Assembly (NCBI GenBank): GCA_964016885.1
Contig: OZ024742.1
Coordinates: 117,056,001 to 117,120,000 of the forward strand
DNA from: Eledone cirrhosa
Lineage: Eukaryota
Reading direction: 5' to 3'
DNA length: 64,000 bases
A program made the translations under genes and the position numbers. Under the pieces are notes generated by a model that searched no databases, was not told where the DNA came from, and saw only the letters and a list, made by a program, of their open reading frames with translations. Positions 12,928-24,558 of this stretch are shown here, piece by piece. Numbering within the stretch: the stretch's first letter is position 1; each line of letters opens with the position of its first letter.

Positions 12928-12955
12928 TGTGTATATATATATATACACACACACA
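12664..12955. repeat. Compound (TA)n/(TG)n microsatellite
   Basis: Direct reading. Confidence 0.97.
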
Positions 12956-13639
12956 AAATGTTTAGTAATTGAATAGCAAGCATTGATTCATTGTAAAAAT
13001 ATCTCGAAACCTCTCATTATCTCTTGTTACAATATAAGAAAATAGCTAATTTTGTTAGGTTTGTTTCGACTTTCACCTACCCATCCCTTATAATAATACT
13101 GGGGTTACAGCATATTATAATATGAGCAATGTTTTCAATATTGATGATTCTTTGTAAAATAAAATAGTAAATAAACAAATAAATGAATTTCAGAAAAGTA
13201 GAAAAATAGTTTGAATGGCGTTTCTTTGAAATAAGACAAATCATTTGAATTTGATTTAGCCTCAATATCTTTATAACTATTCATATTTTTTTCATATCAA
13301 TTATTTTCTATTTTCTATTTCTATCTTTCCTTGTTTCTAGCTAATAGATACTCTTACTTTTCTGAAAAAAAAAAGAGCATTGGTTACTAATGTTCAATCT
13401 TTCACCTACTTAAAGAAATTTAAACCTTATTTTTTTCTATACCTGATTATTTGGCCAGATTACATAATTATGCTTCTTATTTTTCAATACAATAAAGATG
13501 ATGGCATTTATGTTTCAAATGTGTACACTTCTCTATCTGCAAACCACCAAGTCTTGTTAGATTTGAGTTACAGACAGAGAAACTACAAAATGTAACAACA
13601 ACGACATCAACAAGCCTTTTAAAACCATCCTCCCTGCCA

Positions 13640-14360
13640 AAACAGGGATTAGCCTTGCAAGCCCCATGGCAAGCTTTCCATATTCCCCTACCATCTACAT
13701 TTCTTCTTGTAGCTATATCTATTTTGGTCTTCCTCTTTTTCAACATTTATTTTCATCACTTCACCTACCCAGTTATTTTTATCCTTCCTCTATACATAAT
13801 CCAACATCTCATTCTATTTTTCCTCACAACATTCCTCACTGGCTTTATTCATATACTCCTCTACAATTCATCATTGTCTTCCTCTCTCTCAGCAATACTC
13901 CATTCATCCACCAAGCCATTCTCAATTTTTTGTTTGCAGCTTTCTCTGCTGTGACATATTTATCCCCAATGTCTTTCTCTCATAAATCATGACACTTCTT
14001 ATGATTTCAGCATACACCTTTCCCTTTAGTTTCAGTGACACTCCTCTTCTCATTAGCACACTACTCAGTTTCCAGAAATTCTTCCATACACACACTAGAT
14101 GATGTCTGATCCATCTTTTCCATTCCATATGTCTTTAACAAAGCATTTTCACACATTCTATTTTTACACTATTTCCTAGATTTAGCTCATCTTCTCCATC
14201 TGCAGCTTCACCATACACATTTTACTCTTAAATGTAACTGCCACAATATTTGATATAACTACATTTCACATAACTACATTTTTATGTACCCACCTAGATC
14301 CTATTGTATACTTAATGGAGTTCTTTCCAATACCCTTCCTCCACACTGCACACATGGCTG
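13640..14360 (-). pseudogene. Old RTE-clade LINE fragment (RT C-terminal part)
   Basis: WKNFWKLSSVLMRRGVSLKLKGKVYAEIIRSVMIY and a decayed finger AMCAVWRKGIGKNSIKY...WVHK, homologous to the 59.8-61 kb ORF. Confidence 0.75.
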
Positions 14361-15489
14361 GGTTTAATGGGGGACAAGGAGAGCAAGAGTTGTATATAGA
14401 AAGTGCTAAATGCTTGAAGTGGAAGATGAAGGAAAACATGGGATGAGGTTGTAAAGAATGACATCTAGAAACTGAACCCAACAAAGATGACACAGAACAG
14501 AGCTGATTGATGATATGACATAATATAAAAGACATGCCCACCAGTGAGACACTAAAAGTAAGTGTTGTGAGAGATCAGAGTCTACAGTGTTTGGCAATCA
14601 AATGGAGACAATATAGTGTTTAAGGGAATGCTTCAGTCTAACCAAGCATGTGACAACCTCTTAAGTACTAGTGTCATAATAAAATGCAGTCAGTACATCC
14701 TGTAAATTCTTAGCTTTGGGGCCGTTGATAGAATATACCTAGTCAACTGTGTAAAGGGGCTGTGCAGGTATTGCAAAAACATTGCACCCATTAAACACTC
14801 TAAAGTGGTTATGAAAAGAAAGGCATCTCGCCATAGAAATCATGCTAAATATGTAATGTATGAGCAAGATGAGATTGCTCCAATATGTCTGGTTACAGAC
14901 TGTGACAACCCATCCAACACATGGCAGTGTGGATAGTGAACGTAAAATGAGGTTGGTTTGATTTTTTAAAATCTAATACCTGTATGTATAACTTTTCAAT
15001 TCCAATTACTTGTACCAGGTCAACCTTGATATGTAAAATTGACTACACATAGTAATGGGTTGAATACTGATCCCTAAGTCTCTCGATGTCCATGTCACTA
15101 TTTCATGTAGGACTCTATTGAAAGTTTTCTCCAGATCAACAAACACCTAAAGCAAATTCTTCTTCCCATACCTTTACTTTTGTATTTGTCTCACAATAAA
15201 AATTGAACCAGTCATTCCTTTTCCTACCACAAATCCAAACTATATTTCACTAGTTTTCAATTTTCTCTCATCCTCTTCTTTAGCACACTTTCCAATACCT
15301 TCATTCCATGTTCCAATAGCTTGATTACTTTATATGAGCCACAATCAAGAAGATCACCCTTGCCCTTGTACACTAGTATGAGAGTACTCAACTCCAAATC
15401 CACTGGAATATATTCTTCTATCAACACTATCCTCCACATCTCTGTCATTTACTTCATACCCCAACTTCCTGCTGCCTTTAAAATATCTC

Positions 15490-15695
15490 ATGGGTTCGAT
15501 TCCCAGACTGAGCAGGGTCAGCTTTGTGACACCTTGTGTCATGCCGAATCTCCCTGAGAATTGCATTAAGGATGTATGTGTCGATGGAATGCTCAGCCAC
15601 TTATAAATCAATATCATGAACAGGAAGTTTCTTGGATTGAATAACTGGAGAACCAGTCATTGGAAACCACAGAGGTCCAACAACAACAACAAGCA
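15490..15695 (+). mobile_element. SINE-like insertion with (CAA)n tail nested in the RTE relic
   Basis: B-box-like GGTTCGATTCCC at the start and CAACAACAACAACAA at the end. It interrupts the RTE homology. Confidence 0.6.
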
Positions 15696-15848
15696 GCATA
15701 TCTCCCCACAACACCTGTGAGCTCTTCTGCCCTTCTACTCTTCATCTTTCTCGCTGCTTTCTTAATTATCTCCTCTGCTAGTACAAGAACTGGATTGTTT
15801 TCTATATTGTCACCACATTTAATCTCCACATTCAACAATTTCTCCATA

Positions 15849-16149
15849 CAGTCGAACGTTGGTTCATAAACGCCTCTCATCACGAACAAATCAGTTCATG
15901 AACAATTTATCTGAACATAAAATGGTGTCTCGAGTAATGAACATGGAAGTTGGCAAGAAGCTTGGAGTATCGGTAGAAAAGCATCACTTGCCATGTAGTT
16001 AGTTACTATGTCAATATCTATCTGTTTTTCACATACAGCCTCTCTTTCTCTCTCTCTGTATTTCTCTCTCAAAATTTTGTAAGGGAAAAATTGTTTCAGT
16101 TTACGAACATTTCAGCAACAAATTAAGTTTGTGAACCGAGGTTCCACTG
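15849..16149. mobile_element. Tc1/mariner-superfamily (pogo/Tigger-like) MITE, 301 bp
   Basis: TIRs CAGTCGAACGTTGGTTCATAAAC and revcomp CAGTGGAACCTCGGTTCACAAAC, with TA on both flanks (15847-48, 16150-51). Confidence 0.85.
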
Positions 16150-16374
16150 TATATCTCTTCCCCCTTTCGTTAGTTCCATCTGAGTCTACAATAATCTCTC
16201 CCACTTCAAGCAGTTCACCCTTGTCCTATCACATCTCTCTCTCTGACCCTGCTTTGAATCCATTCTCTAAACTACAAAATATAGCATTTTCTGCTTATCT
16301 TGACAGACTTCTTTGATATTACACATTGCTTTCTTGCTTTTGAAAATTATGGTGAAATATTAAGTTGCTATTAC

Positions 16375-16590
16375 TTTTGTTGTCATTTAGCTGCAGGTCA
16401 GCCCTGGTCAAACAGACTTCTGATCAAAGGCATTCCAACCCAAACCAGTTTACCTTTTTTCTGGATATAATGTATCTTGAAACACATTATCCAGTTGTCC
16501 TTTTCTAAAGTAGTGAGGGGTGTATGTAGTGAGTTTGGCTGCTGTTTCTAGCAAGTCAAATGACAGAGCAATGTTACCTTCATCAGCTCA
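16375..16590 (-). mobile_element. Old dispersed SINE-like family (motif CTGCTAGAAATAGCAGCCAAA, CAA-type tail)
   Basis: Related motifs at ~17060-17250, 34010, 37770, 44385, 56820 and 56955. Confidence 0.5.
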
Positions 16591-17524
16591 TATTGAAAGA
16601 TAAGTTTTCTCACTTGCTAACAGTAAAACATTTTACTAAATCTGCTGGTAAAGTTGCCTGTTTATTGTCAAGCACCACTCATCTCCTGAATTGGAATATT
16701 TCTGACTAACAACTATATAAAATCATATATAGATTGGCAGTTTCTTTCTTTCTTTCTTATATGTTTATGAGTTCTTTTATTTCCATATTTAATTTATTAC
16801 ATTTTAATAGCTCCATCATTATAATCTCATCTATTTTATTATTATAAGTTCTGAAACTGGGCCTTGTTTGAGAGATTTCAAGTAGAAAAGAATAAGGCTC
16901 TCTCCCCAATCATTTTATATGAATTCGGGTGTACTTGAAAATTTACCTTTGTTTTACATATTAGATAGCAGAATCTCAGCTCATTTACCACTTGTCATCG
17001 TAAACATTAAACAGCAGTGTCTGTGTATATTTGACACTGATGACTGTGCAACTATATATAGTTGCTCAATCTGCAAGAAACAACATCAAAATTTATCTTA
17101 AATTATATCTTATCATCTTGAGAAAGGAAAGGACACCTTGAATAATTTATTATTAGATAAAAAGGATGAAATGGTCTTAGCTAGAACACCATTGATCTGC
17201 TTCATAAGTTTGTTTCCTCAGGACTAATTTGAGGTTAATCAAGAACAATGTTTTACAATGCCATAACATAAATACACAATTTTTAATTACCTTTCCTGAT
17301 AATTATCTATATATGAAAAATTGCATTGCAAAGATAGGTTTCCTCTTACTGACTTCATCGTACTGGCTAGAAAATATTTTAGCTTCAAGCTATTCTGGTC
17401 TTCTCCAACGAATAACAGGCCTTTCCTACATTAAAATATTGCCTATGTTATTTAGTCCTCTCTCAGCCTTGAGCAAGCTGACCTATGATCAAAGGTGTTC
17501 CAGTTATAACCACCCCATCTTTTC

Positions 17525-17742
17525 AAGGGTAAAGGTAAAGACCTGCTTTGGTCACAAATGACCATGGGATTTGCACCTAGAAAGTTACCCATAAAGACAC
17601 AAGTCTGTGCAAGGTTGTTTGTGGAAGACCAGCAGTTGCCCATGTATACCAGCCTCCCTACTCCACACCACCGATGTTGTCCAAGAGAAAGGCAATGGCC
17701 GATACAGCTTGGTACCAGTGATGTCACAACTTATTTCTACAG
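17525..17742 (-). mobile_element. 3' part of a CORE-like SINE with a different (ACCTTT-type) tail
   Basis: Minus strand begins GCTGTAGAAATAAG, as at the end of the family B core, and ends CTTTACCTTTACCCTT. Confidence 0.5.
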
Positions 17743-18895
17743 CATAGTGCAATGTTGTGAGAGAGACAATTAATGCAAAAGATGTCTAAAGACAGAAAAG
17801 TACTTAACTGAACATTCCATGATGGGTGAGAAATGTTAGTGTGCATGTACAGCAAAGAGCAGATGAGTTGAGAGAAAAACTGGGTATTTAAGATGACAAT
17901 GGAATGCAACAATTGGCAAGATACTGTTTCGGGTAAAAATGGAAAAATGAACAGAAAAGTGATGATGATGATCAAAAGTAAAAGATAAATATTCTAGAAA
18001 CAATTTACAGTCATTAATTTGAGAAGTTGGAATAACAGGTGCTCTGTAGTGTAATTCGTAATAGTTACATAGCAGGCATCAGATGATGGTTCAAGTCATA
18101 TAAGAGAGCCTCTTACTTTCTTCTGTCTTAAATTGCTGCTTATAATCATCATCATCATAATCAATGTTTTGCATCTGTTTTTTGTTTTTTTCATGCTAGC
18201 ATGATGAGATATTTTTCTTTTATTGGAGTGAGTGCTGTATGACTGAACTTAACTCATACTTGTTTTTATGATCTTTGCATATTAAACCACTGAGCCATTG
18301 GAATTTTCTTTATGCAGTGCATAAACAAACAGTACATATAGTTATATAGTTGTGTCAAATATGAACAGAAATCATAGGTACACACACACGCACACACGCA
18401 TTACAGATTTTATAGAGTATTCATCGATTAAATTCACTCACAAGGCATTGGTTGTTCAAGGTGCCACACAGTGGAATAGAAATCAAAACCACATAACCAT
18501 GCCTGTGCCTATTATTAGAATAATGCCAAATAAAATGGCAAGATAAATAAATGAAGTCATATCATACAAAGATTCTAGAAGATTAAATATGATGTCTATC
18601 ATTTATTTATTGACATCTTTTTTAAATATAAATTACTTATGTACAGAACAAAATCTTATTTTCTTCATGGCCTTCCCTTCTCTGCTTTACCATTTATTTC
18701 AGTTCCTTTTTGACATGAATGTTCTGGAAGACAACTTAAGCTAAGATTATTACATTTTGAATTGTCTGTATATTTTTGACATCTTGTTTGTTTGACTGCT
18801 ACTGACAGTCTTACCTTTTTAAGATCATCATCATCATCATCATTTAACATTCATTTTCCCCTGCTAACACACAGATACAAACGCGCATACATATG

Positions 18896-18930
<35 letters not shown>

Positions 18931-18934
18931 CTTC

Positions 18935-19700
18935 ATCTTCATATATCCACTTTTCCTGCTAGTAAGGGTTGGATAGATCTATATAGGTCAAGTCTGTATT
19001 GAAGTGGGGTTACTGAGTTCCCAGACAGGCCGAGGTCTCTGCATCTTGCTTATATATGCTCATATATTCTATCAAGTGCACAAGAAGTTTTCATGTCTTT
19101 TGACAAAATTGAAGGGTCCTTGCAACCTCTTGTTTGGAAAGCTTTCCCTGGCTGGATGCCCTTCCAAACACTAACCACTTTACAGTGTGTACTGGATGCA
19201 TTTCTTGTACAGATCACCAACACTAGAAAGGTTGTTTTGTCTTTCACACAACTGAAAGGTCCTTTCAACCCTTTTAAGTATGGTTTCTACAGCAGGCTGC
19301 CTTTCCTATCATCAACCACCCTTATAGAGTCTTCAGGGTGCAGGAAATCATAGACCCAACCGAAGAGTCTGCACTGCTCTGGGGAGGTGGGAGATAGGTA
19401 TAAAATTGTAGGTGTATGTGGGTATTTGGCAGAGCAATGAGTAAAAGTTAGGGGTGGCTGATTAGTGTATGAAGCGAAGGGATTTAATGGTGGGGGGATG
19501 TAGTTGATAGAATGAGGTGCATAATGGAGAGAAAGCTAAAGGGGTTTAGGGGCTGAGTAAGGGTTAGAGGTGGCTTATTAGTGTATGGGGAGATGTGATG
19601 TAGTATTGTGGGGGATGTGGTTGATAGTAAGGTGTGTGGGAAAGATAAGTAAGGGGGGTAAGCAGTGGTAGTGGAGGGATGAACAAGAGGTTGAATGAGT
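18935..19700 (-). mobile_element. RTE-tail-related element followed by a G-rich tract
   Basis: Homologous to 29935-31050 and 50665-50830. Contains GCTGGATGCCCTTCC and AGATCACCAACACTAG...CAACTGAAAGGTCC. Confidence 0.6.
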
Positions 19701-19714
19701 ATTTAGAAAAGTGC

Positions 19715-20124
19715 AATGGTTAGGAAAATTTCAGGAAAATCAGCTAGATGTAATGCCGCAAAAAGCACTAAAAAGCTGAAAAAATGAAGTTTTTTACCTA
19801 ATGTGGGCCCTAGGCCATAAGAAAGTTGGATTTTCTTTGCTCACGGTATGAAGAAGAGACTGATTAATACATAGTTATAATTTCAAGGAAATCGGTCTGA
19901 CGTAACGCCTAAAGAAAAAACTAAAAAGCTGAAAAAACGCAGTTTTTCACCTAGGCGATCAAAAAGTTGAATTTTTTTATGTGCATAACACTCCCTGAAA
20001 CATAAGTAATACACATGTAAAGTTTGAAAAAAAATTGGTTGGGTACTTCTTGAGTTTTAGGGATTCAAACTCACAGACACACACACAACACACAGACAGA
20101 CTTCCTCAGTTTTATATATATAGA
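19715..20124 (-). mobile_element. Non-autonomous Helitron-like 5' part
   Basis: Minus strand starts TCTATATATATAAAAC followed by GTCTGTCTGTGTG. The layout (TGTAAAGTTT..AAAA..GGT, CACAGACACAC) resembles 28740-29028. Confidence 0.5.
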
Positions 20125-20261
20125 TATATGATGATTCCTCATGAATGAAACAGTTCTAGTCATGAAGAAGCTTTTCTCTATTAAATATTTATACTCTGCT
20201 TTGTATTGAGTATCCTACTTACTGTGGTTACCCCCGATTGAACCCGGGATAAACCTATATC

Positions 20262-20710
20262 TTCATCATCATCATCATCACCGTTTTACGTCCGTTCTTC
20301 CATGCTACCATGGGTTAGACAGGTTGTCCTGTTGTGGGCAGTGTCTGGTCAGCTGACCTTGTCTTGCTCATACGGGAACTGATTCTGGCTTGATTTCTAC
20401 AGCTGGATACCCTTCCTAACACCAAATTCATTTACAGTGAGTGCTGGGTGCTTTTTTTTCCGTGGCGCCTTCACGTCCACTTTACAGTGTGGGCTGGGTG
20501 CTGTTTTGCTGTGGCACCTCCACGACCACTTTGCAGTGGAATGATAGGGACCCCAGTCCCTATCATCTCATTTCTACAGCTGAGTAAACTGGAGCAATGT
20601 GAAATAACGTGTCTTGCTCAAGGAAACAACACATCACCCAGTCTGAGAATTGAACTCACAACCTTTCGATTGCAAAGCCAATGCTCTAACCACTAAGCCA
20701 TGTGCCTCCA
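20262..20710 (-). mobile_element. Full-length tRNA-derived CORE-like SINE (family B, long tail)
   Basis: Minus-strand head GGAGGCACATGGCTTAGTGGTTAGAG (A box) ... GAGTTCAATTC (B box). CORE-like CCTTGAGCAAGACAC...CTCCAGTTTACTCAGCTGTAGAAATG, then an RTE-derived tail ending in (GAT)n. Confidence 0.9.
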
Positions 20711-22269
20711 CTATATATATATCATTGTCATCATTTTACATCATAGATTATTTGAGACAAAGTTTTATAGCTCAATGCTCACCCTGAGGCCTTTTAGTCA
20801 CCTCTTATAACACACTGGAATAATATAGTGCTTCTATAATAAAAATAGGAAACTAACTCATATGTATATACACACACCACACACATGTATATATATATAT
20901 ATATATATCTTTTGATTTGAAAATCTATTATAAATTGTAATATAATAAGAGTATAAATTGTAATGTAAACAAACTTCAAAATGAAACTGTCTATCTGGCT
21001 AGAAAGCTAATCTGTCAGTCTGTCTTTCAATTGATCATTCAATCATGTATTATTGCTTGCTTAAAAGTAAGAACAGTTTATCATCCTCATCTTCATCATT
21101 TTTCAGTTCCTCTTTTCCATGATTTCATGGGTTGGATAGGTCCTTTTCAGCACAGCTTCACTCCACATGTTGCAATCGTTTGTCATCTCCACTGAGTGTT
21201 AGTCATTTCAGATCAGCTCTCACTACTCAAGTATTCCTTGTCTTTCTTCTATAGCAACTTGCTTCCACTGCAATTCCTTGGCACTTTTACACCCAGTGAT
21301 CATTATCTAGGTGCATTACATATCCATACCAATGCAGTCTTCTCTCTTACACACTATTTCACATTCCTTGTATACCCAGGTTGTCTCTCAGTTCATCGAG
21401 GCTCTGTCATTTTCTTACATTCTAACCACATGTCTATAGTATTAGATCTTTAATCTCTAAATGTAGAGAAGTAGCAGCTCTATCAAGAGCTACTCTTTAA
21501 TCTTTGAGCTATGCATAATATCATGTCTTGTTCTGATTAGGAAAATACTTAATGTGCAGTTTGAAATAGCACCTACAATACAGGTCCTACATTTCTGGCC
21601 TTGGCTTATTACTAAATAAAATGAAGCATATATTTCACATCTGTCCTTGGTGTATTACAAGTTGAAATGGAGCCTACCTTTTACATCAGGCTTGGGCCCA
21701 TTATTAGATTAAAAAGAGTCTCCATTTTACAGCTGATCTGGGCTCATTATCAGCTGTGCACAGGTTTTGTCATTTACTAATATTGTTTTTTCCTCACTTC
21801 ATAATTATTTCTAGAAATATGCAGAAATATATTATGTTATTCTTTTGCTCATTACCATTAGACTGTAACCATGCTGTGCATTACCTTGAGGGGATTTTAA
21901 TCAATTATATTGATCCAGTATCTACTTTTTCAAGTCTCGTACTTAATTTATTGATCTCTATTTGGCAAAACACTAGGTTAACTTAAACACTAAGAATGAA
22001 CACATACACGCACAAGTGCATGCATGTGCAAGTGTGTGTGTGTGTGTGTGTGTATAACAGGCTTCTGTTTAGTTTCCATTAACCATATTTCACTCTCTAG
22101 GTATTGGTTAGTCGAAAACACTATCCCAGAGTGCCATCTAGGGGAATTGAACCCAGAATGCTTTGTTCACAATATAAGCATGCCTATGTCTATATATATA
22201 TCATCATCATCATCATCATCATCTTCGTTTAACGTCCATTTTCTACACTAGCATGGGTCTGGATATATA

Positions 22270-22490
22270 TAATAATAATAAATGTGAAGACTAAAATTCA
22301 AAGAGGGCTCGATAAGGATAAATATATATCAAATATATAAGAACCGTAGAGCAAATATTTATTAAAATAAGAGATTAAAGTTTAAGCAAAGAATCGATGA
22401 TTTCACCCTTGACGGGATCTTCTGAGAATCCCGTTACGGGTGAAATCAGCGATTCTTTGCTTAAACTTTAATCTGTTATTTTAATAAATA
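22270..22490. repeat. Short dispersed element ending in a hairpin with ~63-bp arms; related copy at 40868-41128
   Basis: Arms ~22356-22418 and ~22428-22490. The start AATAAATGTGAAGACTAAAA..CAAAGAGGGCTCGATAAGGATAAATA is shared with ~40875. Confidence 0.85.
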
Positions 22491-22499
22491 TATATATAT

Positions 22500-22930
22500 G
22501 AAGGTGCATGGCTTAGTGGTTAGAGCAGTGGGCTTGCAAATCAAAAGGTTGTGAGTTCGATACTCGGACCGAGTGATGTGTTGTTTCCTTGAGCAAGACA
22601 CTTTATTTCACATTGCTCCAGTTTACTCAGCTGTAGAAATGAGATGATAGGACTGGGGTCCCTATCATTCCACTGCAAAGTGGTCATGGACGTGCCATGG
22701 CAAAAAAGCACCCAGCCCACACTGTAAAGTGGACATGTAGGTACCACAGAAAAAAGCACCCAGCACTCACTGTAAATGAGGTTGTTGTTAGGAAGGGCAT
22801 CCAACTGAAATCAAGCCAGAATCAGTTCCCATATGAGCAAGACAAGGTTAGCCGACCGGACACTGCCCACAACAGGACAACCCGTCTAACCCATGCTAGC
22901 ATGGAAGAATGGACGTAAAATGGTGATGAT
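22500..22930 (+). mobile_element. Full-length CORE-like SINE (family B, long tail)
   Basis: Reverse-complement homologue of 20262-20710, with A/B boxes and a (GAT) tail, flanked by (TA)n. Confidence 0.9.
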
Positions 22931-24369
22931 ATATATATATATACATATATATATAAGTATGTGTGTGTTTATAAGCTTTGTATTACTATTTTTCAAGAAT
23001 GTTTTCAATAATTGCAATAAAATATTACTTTCATGAAAACATTTTATTTAACTACATCTCCACCATCATCATCATTGTTTTTACATTTAATTTTCCATGC
23101 TGGCATGGCTTGAACAGAACATTTTTAGACAATGTTTAGAGCTGAATTTTCTTCCTGGCATTAACCCTTTTAGCTGCTTCTTATGACATGCAAAGGTATG
23201 CTGTACCTATTTTAATTTCTTTTAATTTGTTAATTTAAAAAAAAAACCCACGGGTTTGGTAACATTAAAAAAATAACTTCATGCTTTATTAATAATGCTT
23301 CCTTGCATACCATAACAATGGGTAATAGAAGTGGCTTTATGCAAAAGTCTTGCTAGCATACCACAACAATAGGTAATAGAAGTGGCTTTATACTAAACTC
23401 TGTTGCAGATGAATTATAGTTAAATAAAAATCAATTGAAATTATCACGTTCCCTACAACACTTCTAGAAAAGTATGATATACTTTAATATAGGATGTCGA
23501 AAATCTTGTAACTATTGTTTGTCTGCTTGGAAAAAATTTGAATAGTATTACATTACTGAAGGAGTGCTTCAATTTTAAGAATATTTTCTTTTCCCCTTTA
23601 TTTTATTTTTGATTAAATAATAAACTTTATTTATGAATGACAATAAGAAAAAAAATGGGAAGAATATGGGTAGGAGTATGGACAATAAGAATGGCAGAAA
23701 TGGAAGCATTAATGAAGAAGCAGAGAGATGTAATAATATTTAGGTCCCATCCACTCACCTTAGTGCCCCCTCATATCCTCTCTTCTCCTTCATAGTCTAA
23801 ATCCACCACCTAATCTTCCCCCACTCACTCACATCCTTGAAACCCCCATCTTCATCCAATCCATACCTGCATGGAAAGATGGACTTACCCCATGCTGCTC
23901 ACTCTTTCCAAGGCCAACTTTGCAACCCAACACTTACTCACCCCACTCTCATAATCTTCATTCCTCTTTCTCATCCAACTCAGGCTAGTGTGGAAAGACG
24001 CCCCCCCCCCCCCACCAACACACAATAAATTGTCATATGTCATTTAGTCTCTTCAAGACTGCCCCTACAATCTAACACTTATCTTCCCCTTCTTCAACAT
24101 GTAGCATATAGCTTGTCTCCTTTCATGCTCTCATCCTACAGGCTCCACTGCAAATACTGCCTTTCCCCAGCCAGGCTAAAGAAACATTTTTGAGTATGTG
24201 GATACTGATGCAGTGTTTGAAAATGTTTAGCCATGGTACTGTTCTAGATCTGTGGGCAATATTTCCATGCTGGTTGCACTTCAGCTGTCTATAGACAGTC
24301 AACAAATCATAAGATCCCCAATTTTTTTGTTTTTGCTAATGATATATATGGGCTGTCATTATGTTCTGT

Positions 24370-24558
24370 AGGGCAGTGAATTGGCAATTTCGGTAGAGGG
24401 TCGGACATGCTTTCCAGCATAGTTACGTCCCTTTACGATCTGAGTTCAAATCCCGCCGAGGTTAACTTTGCCTTTCATCCATACAGAGGTCGATAAAATA
24501 AAGTACCAGTTATGTACTGGGTAATTGCTGGTCTTGTGCCAAAAGTAGAAACAATTAT
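24370..24558 (+). mobile_element. SINE family A
   Basis: GGGCAGTGAATTGGCA...GAGTTCAAATCCCGCCGAGGTTAACTTTGCCTTTCATCC...GCCAAAAGTAGAAACAATTAT. Confidence 0.85.

Larger units (their letters stand above)
15000..16340 (-). pseudogene. Old RTE-clade LINE fragment (RT N-terminal part) interrupted by two insertions
   Basis: LVYKGKGDLLDCGSYKVIKLLEHGMKVLESVL, FVDLEKTF and MEKLLNVE. Homology resumes on both sides of the inserts at ~15490-15695 and 15849-16149. Confidence 0.8.

Noticed and set aside
12593-12976. Overlapping YI/CV-rich ORFs (also at 2.7, 10.3, 44.1 and 52.2 kb)
   Set aside because: These are translations of stop-free (TA)n/(TG)n tracts.
19380-19700. G-rich tracts as functional G-quadruplex or regulatory elements (also ~30740-31050; C-rich at ~23750-24100 and ~58770-59000)
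   Set aside because: They appear to be internal parts of a decayed dispersed repeat; no independent evidence of function.
23303-23400. Short two-copy tandem duplications (~51 bp here; 38 bp at ~1621-1697; 30 bp at ~32785-32843)
   Set aside because: Ordinary local slippage duplications with no further structure.
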